Shown here: positions 10,323 through 23,428 of the stretch, piece after piece
Position numbering within the stretch: the stretch's first letter is position 1
How the letters are laid out: the number at the start of each line of letters is the position of its first letter
Source: Oikopleura dioica
Taxonomy: Eukaryota > Animalia > Chordata
Direction of reading: 5' to 3'
Length of the DNA: 64,000 nt
NCBI GenBank assembly: GCA_907165135.1
Contig: OU015566.1
Coordinates: 3,720,001-3,784,000 of the forward strand
Position numbers and translations under genes: made by a program
The notes under the pieces: model-generated
Database searches by the model: none
The model's input: only the letters and a program-made list of their open reading frames with translations
Told to the model about the DNA's origin: nothing

Positions 10323-13300
10323 TTTTTGCGCCCCTTTTTTCAGAATTTCCCGCTCTCGACTGATGCACAATTTTTTCTAGACGCCAAAATTTGTTTCCTT
10401 CTATTTTTCTTAAAATGTTTATCAACCAAAAAATAAACTTTATCTTTTTCTAATTTACCGCCCGTTTTGAAATTATTTTGTAGAATTTGGTGCATAAAAT
10501 TTTCCGCCTCGATGATCTTGTACGCAATTATTTTCCTTTCGCTTATCCTTCTTCCAACCGTAATTCTACTGTCTTAATCATTTTTGTTGTAATAAAAATT
10601 AAAAATTCAAAAAATAATTAAGCTTTTACTTGGCCTTTGCCGTTGTTATAAGCTACCAAGCAGATTTCCGCACGTGTTCTTTTAATTATAAACAGTTGTG
10701 AACAAATTGATTTACGACGGTCGGTAGAGTGTCATTTAATGATTCTCAATGAGAAAATGAAGGGGTTTGATCGACAAAAAATCAAAGCCGGCGAACATGA
10801 TGTTTCTCTTGAATTAATACTGTAGCTTGAATTTCCAATTAAGAGGGGCTTTTTTTTTTATTTTCATTATTCTAGGTTGTTTGTCATGCAAACATTCGTT
10901 TATTTTTGTTAAGAAAAAAATTTTCTTCAAAGAATTAAACTCAAACTATATTCTAACGACCTAAATAACCCTATTTCGGCATCGAAAGAGACGCTTCACT
11001 TAGTGAAAAATTGAAAAATTGGCTTTAATGAAGTCAACCTAGGTTTATATGAGAATTATCAATCCTCTGAGATTTCTAAAAGAGACGTTTTATAACGAAG
11101 GGGAGGAGAAAATTCGTCACTTCCGATGGGTCTGTTAGTAAGCCTCTATTTATTTTCAAGAAAAACAATCTGAATCAAAATCATGACTTTCCTTCGAAAA
11201 TTTTAAGCTTGCTTTTTGGGGTCGCTTATAACAATTTTGCTGCTTATAACAAAATTTGCTACAAGGATCGGGCAAGCTTAAGACCACATTGACTTCTATT
11301 TACCGATGATTTTTCCCTCCGAAGAGTCGGTGTTACCAAAATTAACGTATAATTTTCCGTTCTTTGGGCACATAGGGAAGGGGAAATTAACTCGAAATTG
11401 TTTCTTTTTACGAGAATATCGAATTATCATAATAGGGCCGATACATAATTACGCTTTTGACGCGGCGCGCTATTATAAGAAAAAGCGGAAGCGGCCTTTT
11501 TCTAGGAAAGAAATGTGACAAAAATAATGGTCAGTTAACTCAAGATTTTTCCCCGCCAGAACATCGAAATTTCCGAAAAATTTAGGCCCCTTTTTTTTTT
11601 ATAATTTCAAGGGCAGATAAAAATACTTTCCGAAAATCTCAAAGGGTCGGTTGAAAGCCTAAGATACTCAGCCAAATTTTTTCTTTCAGATAAGCGCGAG
11701 AAATCGGGTGTGCCGAAAAAATGTCGGAAAAGTGGGCCAGCCTGACCTGTCATCCGCAAAAAATATTTGTATGATTAGTGAGAAGAAAAATATTTTGGAC
11801 CATGACATATGCGCTTTTTTCATCCCGAAATAAAATTTTTACTCTACCTTAACTTTGACCCATTCAATTGGTGGAAGGGGCACGCTAGTTGCTTCGGGCC
11901 TAGCGCTGAATCTAGGACCAGCGTAGCTTTGATGCGATTTTTTGTTAGCAGAGGAGTTTATCGTGTTTATTTGCTTGGTCGTTGCTTGCTTCTTCATCCT
12001 TGATTGTAAATTGACGATAGAATTGCCGTTTATTTTTCGACTTTTTTTTTTTTTCAGAGCTACACTTATGATCTTGCTCTTCGTTATCCTTTTCCACCTC
12101 CCAGTGCTGTATTTATAGTGTACACTTTAATTGGCTTCAGAATACATTGTGACGCAACTTGGTTACTTCATTAATTATGAAAACTTGGCCACCGGCCTCT
12201 TTGAATTTTTAATTTTTCCGAAGCGGCTCACACCGCTCAGAATAATAAAAAATTCGTTGTGATTTTCCGGTGCCTTTTGTTCTTCCGCTGTCAATCATTT
12301 TCGCTTCTTCCACCATCGTGTCGGAAACGTTGAAAGACGTCTCGGAATAATGTGTCTTTGATCAAGAACAATTATTTTTGGTGGGCTGAGCGAAAAATTG
12401 TGTCGAAAAAATAATAAAGGTGATCTTTAGCCATAAATTATTTAAGATTTCATCTTAAACTGGGCGAATAATCAGATCTTTATTATGAGCGGAAGGTACC
12501 TTAACTTTCGCAGAAAAAATGAAAAAAATCGGTGTTGTAACTCTTAAAACGGGGTAAACGTATTTTCGCGTGAAAATTCTTTCCTTGTCAATAAAGTGTA
12601 GACTTTCATTAAGACGGGCGAAGAGGGGAATGTTAAAAAATTTTTTAAAGCATGGGTGAAATTAATTGGGTTCATCGTAAATTGACTCTTTTTCGCTAAT
12701 AATAGCCTTCTGTTTAAAGGGAACGTAGAAAAACGTTTCTTTCCCTTGAGTTATTTTTAAATAAGGCATATTTTTGAGTTTTCCTTTTCAAAAGAGACGA
12801 TCAAAAAAATTTTTTGATTAAGGGAGCCTCAGAAAATTTGAATAAGGTTTCACCTTTCTCCTACCGTATTTTTCTTCTATAAAGATCTTGATTCTTTTTG
12901 ATAATCGGTTTTGTGTTATTCTGCGGGCTTTTCCTAAAATGATTTTTCCCAACCTTTTTCTCTTAGGATTTTCAAAAAACATTGATTCTTACTTCTCTGG
13001 CTTATTAAGTCTAGGCTACAAAATGTGTAACAAAAAGAAACGGGGCGATCGGTAAGCAAAGATTCATCAATTTCTCCGCCAGCATTGGTTTCTTCACTTC
13101 CACTTCTTCTTTTTTCTTCTTATTTTTCTTCCTTCCCCCAAGCTGGGTTTTTGTGAAATGACGAAAGTGGATTTCCGTTTTCCGTTTTCGCGGAATCATG
13201 AATATTAAACGGTATCTTCAGGCTCAACTTCTGAGGAATCCTTTTAATAATTGATATTTTCGAGAGCATTTTTCCACGTGTTTTCTATTAACTATTCATA

Positions 13301-13489
13301 TTCTGACAGCCTGGTTGCTCCAGAAATTATTCCTTATGATCGTAAAATCTAAGCGCACCGTCTCGCGCTTCTCCTGAATTTTTAATTTTCCGAAAAGCTT
13401 GATCTCTTTGAAGATCATAAATTACTGAGCGCTTTTGGCGCGCCGCGCTTCGCGGGTTTTTCTTTTAATAGAATATTCTCATCATGCTG

Positions 13490-14250
13490 GATCTGAAAGA
13501 GACGAAATTAGAGATTCTTTTGTAGTTTGAGATTCTTTCTTCCTTTGGAATTTTCATTATTTCTTTGAACATCAACAGTCTATTCATATGAATTATCCAT
13601 TTCAGAGTCTCTTCTCTGCGTTTTTATGAATAATGAATAAACCTTCAGGTATCGTTGTTCTCAAAGAGACTGAATTATAAGTTTCTTCTGAAGTATCAAA
13701 TTATTTATTCCTTTGAAAGTTTCATAACTTCTTTGAGTCTGCCCGTTAATGAATTCTAATTGTTTCTTCAGACGTTTTGCTCAGTTTTTGATGAATTATG
13801 AATACGACTTAGCGCGTATCCGCTCGAGAAGAGACTGAGTTAACGTCTCTTTTGAACTTTCGCAGCGCGTATTCCTTCTCATGTTTCATTATTTCAAAAG
13901 CCTTGCAAGTCTATGAATTTTAATTCCTATTTCAGAGTTTCTAGCTTGCATCTAGATGAATAATAAATAATCCCCCAGGCATGCTCGCTTTCGAGAATCA
14001 TAAAATTTTGATGGTGTTTCAAAGACTTCTAGTGCTTTTATAAATTTAAATGTTTATTCTGAGCTTACACGTGTGGGGGTTTATAAATTTTTCATTTAGC
14101 TTTCATTATTTTTAGAGTCTCTTTTCCGCTTTTATGAATTATAAAGAAATCCTACACGCAGGTTCACTTTAGAAAATCATAAAATTTTGATGGTTTTTCA
14201 AAGACTTACCGCGTTTTGATGAATTGTTATGTTTCTTCTAAGCTACCAGC
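13490..14250. repeat. Degenerate ~165-180-bp tandem repeat, 4-5 units
   Basis: Recurring TTTCAGAGTCT...TTTATGAAT.ATGAATA near 13601, 13765, 13931, 14111; AATCATAAAATTTTGATGGT at ~13994 and ~14174. Confidence 0.65.
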
Positions 14251-14493
14251 GTGAAGATTCATAAATATTTTTACCTTTCTTAATATTTTCCTAAAATTCA
14301 TACCTGGCGCTGGGTTTGTTTATACTTCTGACACCAATGTTATGCGCTGCCTTGCAATGGTGTATCAATCTTGCAATAAAAACTAACGCATATTTTGGTA
14401 TAACGTATTTTGTGTTTTATTTCATGTCTTGCACATGGTATGAAATGAGAACGTTACTGATCTGAAGGAAGGTGTCTTCCTTATATACTGATC

Positions 14494-14617
14494 GCTGAGC
14501 CCCCAGGCTATCCTACGCTGCATCCCGAGCCATCCAGGTTCTTATTGGTTGATCAATTATGCACGACGCATATCGTCAGGATGGAACGAGATGCTCAGGC
14601 TAACCTGGGCACTCAGC
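14494..14617. other. GC-rich imperfect long hairpin (~38-bp arms)
   Basis: GCTGAGCCCCCAGG...CATCCCGAGCCATCC pairs with GGATGGAACGAGATG...CCTGGGCACTCAGC. Confidence 0.55.
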
Positions 14618-14775
14618 TGCATAAACATAAGTTATATCATAACACTCTCGTCCAATCAGAAGCCAGTATATATTATGTCAGCCAATCATAAACGAGCAAG
14701 GGCCGAAATTGGTCAAATCGTTGTTGACACCCTTAATTAAAAGTACTCCTGCTTGCATCATTTCTGATTCCATTC

Positions 14776-16568
14776 CTGAGGACGACAATGAGCAAGCTTG
14801 GAATATACATTTGAATGAGATAGTACCCCAACTCGCGGCGCAGAATAAAGCTCGCTTCGAGACATGTGTAGTTGCCACTAATCAGGGATAATCAGAAAAA
14901 CCAATCTCTCAGGAAGGCTTTTTGCCAACAATCTGTCTGTATATTCTTTTTTACTGTATTCGTCGATTTAGTAAAATGAAAGTTCAAAAGCAATTTTTTC
15001 ATAAGAAATTTTAACAATCAATTAATGAAATCCCCGTCCCTTGAGTACACAATCGAGCAGCTTTTGTATGTTGATCCCAATAATTTAAACTGTGGTAGAG
15101 TCAGGTCATCGGCCATGTCGAGCGGCTTTTTACGCGTCCACTCGAATACCACATCCCTCTCGTCGTAGCCAAATGACTCGGCGCGGATTTTACAGCATTG
15201 TACGTCCAAGGGAAATCGGTGCAAAAGCTTTTACGGGCTGACAAGCAGATTCGTAGATTCTTAATTTTCTGCATAGAATAATAATAGCTTCAAAAGAGGG
15301 TTATAATTTTTGCACAGTTTTGATCGTTTAACGCCCTTAATTTTCGGAGATTTTGGAGGGATACCCTTAAACTTTAAGGGTCAGGGTTAAACTTTAAGGG
15401 TATGCCTCCGAAATCCAATTAAATGGCGACCCTCTTGGGCCTCCATTGAGGGCCCCCTACCCTTAATCTATGAAAGACAAGATTTTTTTTCTGACAAGAA
15501 CAGACATTTTTGGCGGCCTCTTCAATTGTCAGAATAAATAACTCACAAATTTGATGTCACAAAAGAGGAAAAACAAATCGTATGTCTTCATCTTTTTAAA
15601 TATTCAAAAGAGACATCACTTTTTCGCCGAATCCCTATTTGTCTCAAAACAAACGCATCCTGCCAAAATCAGCCCTTACACAAATGGCAAGAAAGCACCA
15701 GCGAAAGCCTAATTGAAACATAGACATCGCCATGATTAGACACGCGGAGCAGGGTGTTATTCGTGATCATCTGGTGAATCCGCGCGCTTTTCTCGTTGGA
15801 AAAAAATAAATCCGGAATCCATATTTTGTCCATGACGTCGGGGTGGACAGTCATCACCCTGTTGCACTCTTAATTCCGTGATTAATTAATTTCGACGGGA
15901 AAACTCGCTGACTGTATTTTTGGCTCGAAGAATGAACAAAGAGAGGGACACTTGGTTATATTGCAAATTTCAACAAAGTCATTATTTTTCATTAAATTTA
16001 AAATTTAGACTTTTATTATGACTAGAAATCGCGTCTGCTGATTGGCCGATAGACCTCATACAAGCTTCTGATTGGCTGTTTTTGAGCATAAAACAGACAA
16101 TCAGAACATTTTTGTCAATAAGTTTGTACCTCTTCTACTCCCAGTACGCTCGATGCACTGAGTAATATTGCCCCAGCTGAGCCTCGGATCCTTCCAGCGC
16201 ATTCTCAGAAACAATCCCAATCTGTAATCCATTGCTTGTTCATCTACTGAGTCCAAGTTTGGAATATGATAGCTCACTCTTTCAAAGGATTATGCAGGTA
16301 GACTAGGGTTAAATCTCAAATATACCGCGAAAAAATAGCCAAATATGATAAGGGAAGATACAGAAAAAAACAGGTGAAAAATGGCCAAATCGTTGTTGAC
16401 ACCCTTAATTTGGGACTTTTTATCCTCTTTCCTGACTCCCGTCGGCGCTCGTTTTTCAAAAGGTCGAATTCTCTTATCATAGTATTTGATCTTCTCATAA
16501 ATATCTGCTTCGAATTCTGATCCATATACAGTCGAATACAGTAATAATTGAAAAAATGCATAAATCAT
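14776..16568 (-). CDS. Cys-loop anion channel subunit (glycine-receptor-like): ligand-binding domain plus M1 only
   Basis: Exons encode a signal peptide and YDKRIRP; [18 protein letters not shown]; [13 protein letters not shown]; Cys loop ...[10 protein letters not shown]; [35 protein letters not shown]2-M4 not found in the window. Confidence 0.9.
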
Positions 16569-17138
16569 TATCGAAAACCGATTTTCTTCTTTGTAATCAA
16601 GTCTTTATCTATTTTTTCACAATAATTTGTCCCTTTTTCTCACCCTCGGTATGAAGCTCTGTACCGCCATCTGCGCTGATCACGTGATCAATCCCAATCT
16701 TCAAGGACTTTCTTTGAAGGGCTGGTCAATCCTAATTAGTAAACACCCCAAAAGACTCCTTCCAAATCGATCTTTTGCTGCTGATTTGATTTTACTTTGT
16801 TAATTTTTGACTTTCGATTTTTAATTATGATTTGGCCGGCTATATCATCGACAGTTTCTTCGATTTGCCTTTGAATCGGCCCTTCTATCTCAATAGTCTT
16901 GTTGTCAAAGAAATTATTGACGCAAAATCAGGCAAGATATTGAATAAAATTGGGAGGTAAGGAAGGTCACTGACCTCTAAAATTATCAAAGAGAGCATTT
17001 TTTTAGAAAAAAAAAACGATAAATTTCACGAAAAAAATGGCGGCTTCTTATTCGCTGGTAGGCGAAATACGGGCTTCTGATTGGCTGATTTTTTCGAAGA
17101 TTATTTTTTAAGAAAGTGTTGTTTTTGTCTGTTATCAG

Positions 17139-18085
17139 TAGGTAAACTTGATGAAAAATGAGCTCTTTTTAGAGCTTATAAATCAGGGAGTATAATACAG
17201 TTTTAGAATTCTCAGAAGCTGGGGATCATTTTGACTATTGACACTTGGGGGTTTTGCTCATGCCCTGAGGGGTTTTAGGCCTTCCAAAGTCCCAAAATTT
17301 GGCCAATCTCGGTTAGAGGCTCATAACTTTTCTTCTCCCCACTTCTGGAGAAAGCCCACTATATGAGCTTGTAGAGGAGGCTCTAACGGTTCAGAATATG
17401 TATAGAAAACTACCGGACACCCCCCATTCTAGAGCCTCTGGAAGGCCCGGAAGTTGGGGAAGTCACAGGAAAATCAGTACATTTTTACGGAAATAGAGTA
17501 AAAGTGCAATATTTTCATCGGAAATCGTAAAAAAACGTATTTACTGATTTTATGACGCACAAAATTTAGTCTGGGGTCCTTTCGAGGTGAGTTTTTACGA
17601 AATTCAATTTTTTCTCACAATATGACCCCACGTGACCTCAAATGAACCCAGAGTAAATTTTGTGCGTCAGAAAGTCAGTAAAAACGTTTTTCTAACGATG
17701 TCCGATAAAAATATTGCACTTTTACTCTATTTTCGTAAAAAAAGTACTGATTTTCCTGTGACTTCCCCAACTTCCAGACCTTCTAGAGCCTCTAGAATGG
17801 GGGGTGTCCGGTGGTTTTCTATACATATTCTGAACCGTCAGAGCCTCCTCTACAAGCTCATATAGTGGGCTTTCTCCAGAAGTGGGGAGAAAAAAAGTTA
17901 TGAGCCTCTAACCGAGATTGGCCAAATTTTGGGACTTTGGAAGGCCTAAAACCCCTCAGGGCATGAGCAAAACCCCCAAGTGTCAATAGTCAAAATGATC
18001 CCCAGCTTCTGAGAATTCTAAAACTGTATTATACTCCCTGATTTATAAGCTCTAAAAAGAGCTCATTTTTCATCAAGTTTACCTA
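17139..18085. mobile_element. Non-autonomous hAT-type foldback element, 947 bp, ~440-bp TIRs
   Basis: Ends TAGGTAAACTTG...CAAGTTTACCTA; perfect 8-bp TSD GTTATCAG at 17131-17138 and 18086-18093; outer arms almost perfectly complementary. Confidence 0.92.
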
Positions 18086-18290
18086 GTTATCAGCCCTTAA
18101 AATAGAAGCTTATCAATTATTTTCACGAAAGCAACAAAAAGCTGATGACACGTGACTGTCCCTAGTTTTCTGTGATGTAGAATTTCGCGGTGATAAAATG
18201 AACCTGAGCCTCTTGGTATGTTATTTTTGTATGGTATATTAAGCATAGAAACTGCATAAATTATGAGCTCTTAGCGAGATGAATTTGCAA

Positions 18291-19440
18291 TCAATGGTCG
18301 TTCCAATCGTTTTTGACCTTGAACTTTTGTTCATTTCGATTCGAAAGCAAGTTCTCCTTTTTCGACGCTTGAAAAGGACAAAAATGCTTTCGAAAATAAA
18401 TTCTCTTCGTTGATTTCCAATGTTTTTTTCCTTCATTTTCATCTTCAAGGATGCCAAGAAGAATATAAAAGAAATATTGAGCTTGAGGTTTATTGAACAA
18501 TTATTCTATTTACAGTTTGAAATGTACAGTTTTTTGCTTTTTTATGGATAAAAATCCTGCTGAGGCAAAGTCGCGCGTCTCGGATACGCTGAAAAAGAAC
18601 ACTCTGATTCCGAGTCGGAATTTCGCGGCAGAGAACCATCATCGTTCATTCCCGAATCAGAGGTTGAAAAACGGGTCTTGGACTTTTTCAACTGAAAGGC
18701 AACTTGATCGGTTTTGAATTTCGCTGTCTTAAAAAACGGCTTTTCTGGTGTTCAAAACCTTCCTTCAAAAGCTTGTCCAAGAGCCATCAGAACTCGTTCT
18801 GTATGAAGATTGGTTGAACCCTTGAAACTGTGGCACATGTACCGGCGTTTTTCTTGGACAATGAAGCTTTTTCGGGATTTTTTACTTTGCCAAGGACACA
18901 ATGGAAAATGAGTTGGTTGAAAAATAATGTGATTCTTCCTTGATTTCAATCCCGATTCCTGAAAACAAACTCCAAATTGGTATCCTGAGCTGCAAACGCA
19001 ACATTTTGGACTTTGAACTTTTTCGTCACTTTATCTGTTTCGTCGGAGACCAGACAAATCGACGTCGCATTTATCCTGAGACGGATCTTTTCCGGGCGAG
19101 ACATTTCGCGCATCAGATTCGTGTTACAGTCCGTTACTGCTTGCTGATTTGATTGGCCGTAGCACTAGAAAATTTTTACTAAACGAATATTTTTGATTTA
19201 ACTTACGTCTTCTTTTCCAAGATATAAAACAGTATATTCCACCGAGCTCTTGAGCAGCCTGTAAGTCGGGTAGATCCAGTCCAATTGCTTCTCTGAACCT
19301 GAAGTTGTCCCATTTTCTGAGTATTCTGTCGTGGAAGAATCCGAAGAGAGCAGACAGTAAGGTGACCTTAGCGGAAGGTCGAGGTAATCGCGCGGCGGAT
19401 CGGGGAGGTATAGATTTGAACTGCAGCTTTTATGAGTTAT
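18291..19440 (-). CDS. PTB/PID-domain adaptor protein (GULP/CED-6, ARH or Numb-like), multi-exon
   Basis: Exons encode WIYPTYRLLKSSVEYTVLYLGKE; KIRLRINATSICLVSDETDKV...VAFAAQD; FIVQEKRRYMCHSFKG...VLMALGQAFE, the usual PTB pattern. Start codon and 3' exons not resolved. Confidence 0.75.
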
Positions 19441-20344
19441 TCTTTGCTGAATTCGGTTTCGGAAGAAAATTTCGCCGAAAATTGACTCTTTTGAGAAAAA
19501 ATTGTCAGAAAAATGGTAAAAATTGCAAAAAAATTCTCCAAAATTTTGGCTCAAAATTTCATCGAAAATTGTGCACCAATCGAAAACATCGAAAATCGGC
19601 AGTTTCTTTTTTCCGTCTTTCGAGCTATTTTTGACAGAGAATATTAAGGGTGTCAACATCGATTTCATCATTTTTGCGCACCTAACCTTAACCCTTACTC
19701 AATCGATGTTGAAACCCTTAACAGTCGAAAATCTCGGTTCAGACCCCCTAAATCAGCGTTCGCTGAGTAGGAAATGGTCGATTAGCTTATCAAATCACAA
19801 CAGTAATTCTTCATTATCGTCTCAATCATATTTCCGCTCCCAGCTCATTTCAGCCAAGCGAACAACGTTTTACCAAACGCGATAAGCCGTAGTCTTACGG
19901 GACCCGTAATACGGGTTTATCAGAGCGGAAATCCTCTCCGGTCGATTTTTCTTATTTTATTTTTTTACTATCGTGTGACTTTTCGTTTGTCGATTTGAAT
20001 TATTCAGAATGAAAAACAGGTGTTCATTTTGGCCCTGTTTCAAAATTAAAATTGACAAACTGATCATCAGGCTCCCTTGTTCAATGAAATTAATAAAAAA
20101 TCGATATCTTATTTCAAATTAAAATTATGAAAAATATGCGCGTCGAAAATCCTCAGTCAAGTAGTCAGAATGTCGTTCAATAAAAAAAAATATTTTTGAT
20201 GAATATTTCTGAGTAAATTTCGACTAAAAAGTCAAGAAAAGGTCGATTTCTTGAATTTCATGGCAGTTTCTTAGTCAAAAATTGTCAAAAAATTTGGTCA
20301 AAGCTGCAAATTTTACTTTTTAATGGCGAAAAAAGGGTTAACAG

Positions 20345-20450
20345 TTGATTTTTATTGAAAATAAGGGTCTACCTGTGCTTATTTTTGGAAAAAGAAATAT
20401 TCAAATACCTTTAAATTCGCAGTGAACCCCTTATTTTCAATAAAAATCAA
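20345..20450. mobile_element. Small MITE-like element with 23-bp terminal inverted repeats
   Basis: TTGATTTTTATTGAAAATAAGGG ... CCCTTATTTTCAATAAAAATCAA; no clear TSD. Confidence 0.55.
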
Positions 20451-22234
20451 GTTCAAACGCTCATATTGTCAATTTTTACGGGAAAATTTTATATATTTCA
20501 TATTTTTTCATTTATCTTGAATAGCAATTTCCGTAAAATTTCAAAAACAGCATTTTCGGAGTAAAAAAAAACGTGTGTTTTTCTTACCACATTGTTTTTT
20601 CAACAAGCCGTTAGTTGACAAACCACGTATTCTCGTTTGTTTAATTCAATAAAACCGCACTTGATTTGATTTTCGAATCATAGTTTTATAAACAGCAAAG
20701 AATAACCCTTTCCTGACCAGGTTTTCCGGGGGCAGGGTTTTTCGCGGAAAGGGGCGATGCAGTTTGAAGGAGGAAAAATCAGTTGTTCGCTCGGTGATGT
20801 CTTCCATACTCCGTTGTCTAAAAAGATGATGATTTTTCTGATAAACTAGGTGAGGGTTAGGGTAAGGGCTAGGCCACCAGCCTAAGATAAGGAACCGACA
20901 AATAATCCCGACAAATTTTGCATGGAAATTTTCAGCCAACCAGAAGCATTTATTCGGGAATGCGGCCAATCAGCAGCCGAATAGCCGCCCAAGCAAAATT
21001 TGTCAAGATTTTTTACGATTCGTGACAAAAAACTGACAGAATTATTTTTCAGAACAAATAAAAAAGTCGTGGTCAAATTGAAATTCTGAAAATTCAGTAA
21101 TCGAATTTGAATCTCCAGGAATGCGAATAACGTAAGCAAGGGTTGAGCTTCAATGGGAACCGGAAAGCGTATTCGACCGGTCGCATAATCCAGCCACCGT
21201 TGTTTCTCTTTTTCAATTCCTGATCCACCCATTTTTCGATTCCTCGATTTTCGAGGAGTCAAATGGAACAATTTGATTTTTGCTTAGTTTTCTAAAAACT
21301 CATTAATTGAGTCTTCCCCACGTGCCTGGCTTTGATCTGACGCAAGTTCTTGTTAAATAAAATGAAACGAGATTAAGAAAACTTGACCATTGGAATCATT
21401 ACAAGGAAACATTATTTCAACAAGAAATTTTTCAATTGCGGAAAATCGCAGTTTTCATGGACTCAATTTTCTTTTCATTTGAAAAGATTGAGCTCAGCGG
21501 AAAGTTGAACAATCCTTCTAATTTGAATTTTTAACAAAATAGAAGGTCCCCATTTTAACGCGAAAAAATTGCCTGTTAATGTGGGGACCTTCTTTTTGTC
21601 TATCTCTTTTCTCTCAAGACCGGCAAAGTTGATCTTGTTTTTGTGAAGTTTTAATGTTGAACGTATTTTTTGTTTGACTCCGTTAAACCACTAAATTGTT
21701 TCGCGGTTGAATATTTTCTTCGATAAATTATTCTAATTAGACCCCTGCATAAATTGTTTAAAATTTTGCGTTTCAATTAGCAATATCAAGTTCGCGAAAA
21801 AGTGTTTAAAAAAAGTGTTTTTGTGAAAAAATGTTAGAAATTATTATTGATAGGGAAATCCTTGAAACAACGATAGAATCTTCATTATCCCAGCAAAACC
21901 ACTCCGGGTATCCGTCATATTTGCTCGAGCTTATCGAAAACTCTCGCTCCACGTATTTTGCGCTGAAAATACAGCTGTGCTGAGGTTTCGATACCGTTCC
22001 TTATCGTGCTTTGTTTTCGCGTTTTTAGTTCTTTGAAATTAATCTTTTTTGAAAAATTTATTTCGAAAGTTATTTTTTGCGCGCAGCGGCTAAAATAAAA
22101 AACCGTTGCGAAAAACATGTGTTTTAGATTTTTAGAGCTAAGTTTACAGTTTTTTTATAAATAGAAGTGACAGTTTTAATTTTCTAACGAAAAATTCTTA
22201 AATAAAATCATTGTTCCTAAATTCTCAAATATAG

Positions 22235-22690
22235 AATTTTCAACTTAAGGATCCCCCCGACCTTGTCGAAATTTTTAAACAGCTTTTTCTCCCCGTAAAT
22301 CCCTAGGAGGCCTTAAGATTTTATTATCAAAATGAAGCTTATGATGGGTTCTAGAGCAAACAGGAGTTACTTTATTGATACCCTTAAGTTATTACTGTCA
22401 AATTGGCCAAAAACGAAATAGATCTAGTTCTAGAGACTCTAGACTAGAGTTATTTTAAAATATTGTCTTTTTCCTTAATTATTTAATAAGAAGATTTCAA
22501 CTTAAGGAACCCCTCAACTTTGTCTAATCTTCAAACAGCGTTTTCTCCCTGTATACCCTTAGGAGTCCCTAAGACTTTATAGCCAAAACGTAGCTTATGA
22601 AGAGTTCTAGAGCTTGAATGAGTTAATTTATGGATACCCTTAAGACTTAAGGCTTAAGTAATAACCATCAAATTCGCCAAAATCGAACGG
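22235..22690. repeat. Diverged tandem duplication, ~255-bp unit
   Basis: TTTCAACTTAAGGA...TTCTAGAGC...GATACCCTTAAG...CAAATT.GCCAAAA occurs twice (from ~22238 and ~22496). Confidence 0.7.
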
Positions 22691-23264
22691 GAGAAAATTC
22701 TACTTCTCCAATTTGCGTGTCCCTTATTAGAACATATATTTGCTCATGGCGGGCATCAGACGTACCCGTATTTGGTTTTAATGAGATAAGCTCCTGCCTT
22801 GATTTGATAAGATCCCTTGATCCCGAGTCAAAATGAAAGAATTAAAAATTCCAAATTCCAAGTTTTCTAAAACGCGAAAAATCCGGTAAGAAGCTCCGCG
22901 CAGCTCACAGCTCATCTCGTTATACAGCGACCTTTGGGGATGATAATTATGAAGAAAAATCATGTTTCACAAATTCATGAGATCACGTGGTTGCGACAGT
23001 AGCAAAAAAGAGGAGACCACGCTGACCGGTAAATGACCTCTGCTGAGAAAAGGATACACTAATTGACTAATTTTGGCCGCGGAAGAAAGTCAAAAATAAT
23101 TAAGGGATGAGGAGGGGCCATTATGAACACAACTTTGGTCTTTCCGAAGGCGTATTTGATTGAAACCTTCAGATTGGCTCGAAAAAATAACGAAGTGATA
23201 CCCTTATTTAACTTCTAAAAACGAAATTTTAAACCTTAGTAAGGATAAATGCTTGGCTCGAAAA

Positions 23265-23428
23265 CCTGTGTAGAAAACCTGAGTTAGGTTCTGAAAGAGC
23301 AAAAATGAAAAGCCGCGTAGCGGCTTTTATCAAAATAAAGCCGCGCAGCGGCTTCGATTTCATAAAAGCCGCGACGCGTCTTTTCAAATTTTGCCTCTTT
23401 CAGAGCCTGACTCAGGTTTTCAACACAC
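23265..23428. mobile_element. MITE family X, copy 1 (TIR ~CCTGTGTAGAAAACCTGAGTCAGG, internal AAGCCGC-N3-4-GCGGCTT palindromes)
   Basis: AAAACCTGAGTTAGGTTCTGAAAGAG / CTCTTTCAGAGCCTGACTCAGGTTTT; three internal palindromes. Confidence 0.7.

Noticed and set aside
13011-13199. Candidate M4 exon of the glycine-receptor-like gene
   Set aside because: Only vague hydrophobicity; lacks the D..SR..FP pattern and no M2/M3 exons lie between
14490-14620. 7SL/SRP RNA assignment for the hairpin
   Set aside because: Only short Alu-domain-like resemblance; no helix-8 motif and too short
19305-19885. Plus-strand ORFs of 109 and 120 aa
   Set aside because: Antisense to the PTB gene or spanning AT-rich repeat; no coding signal
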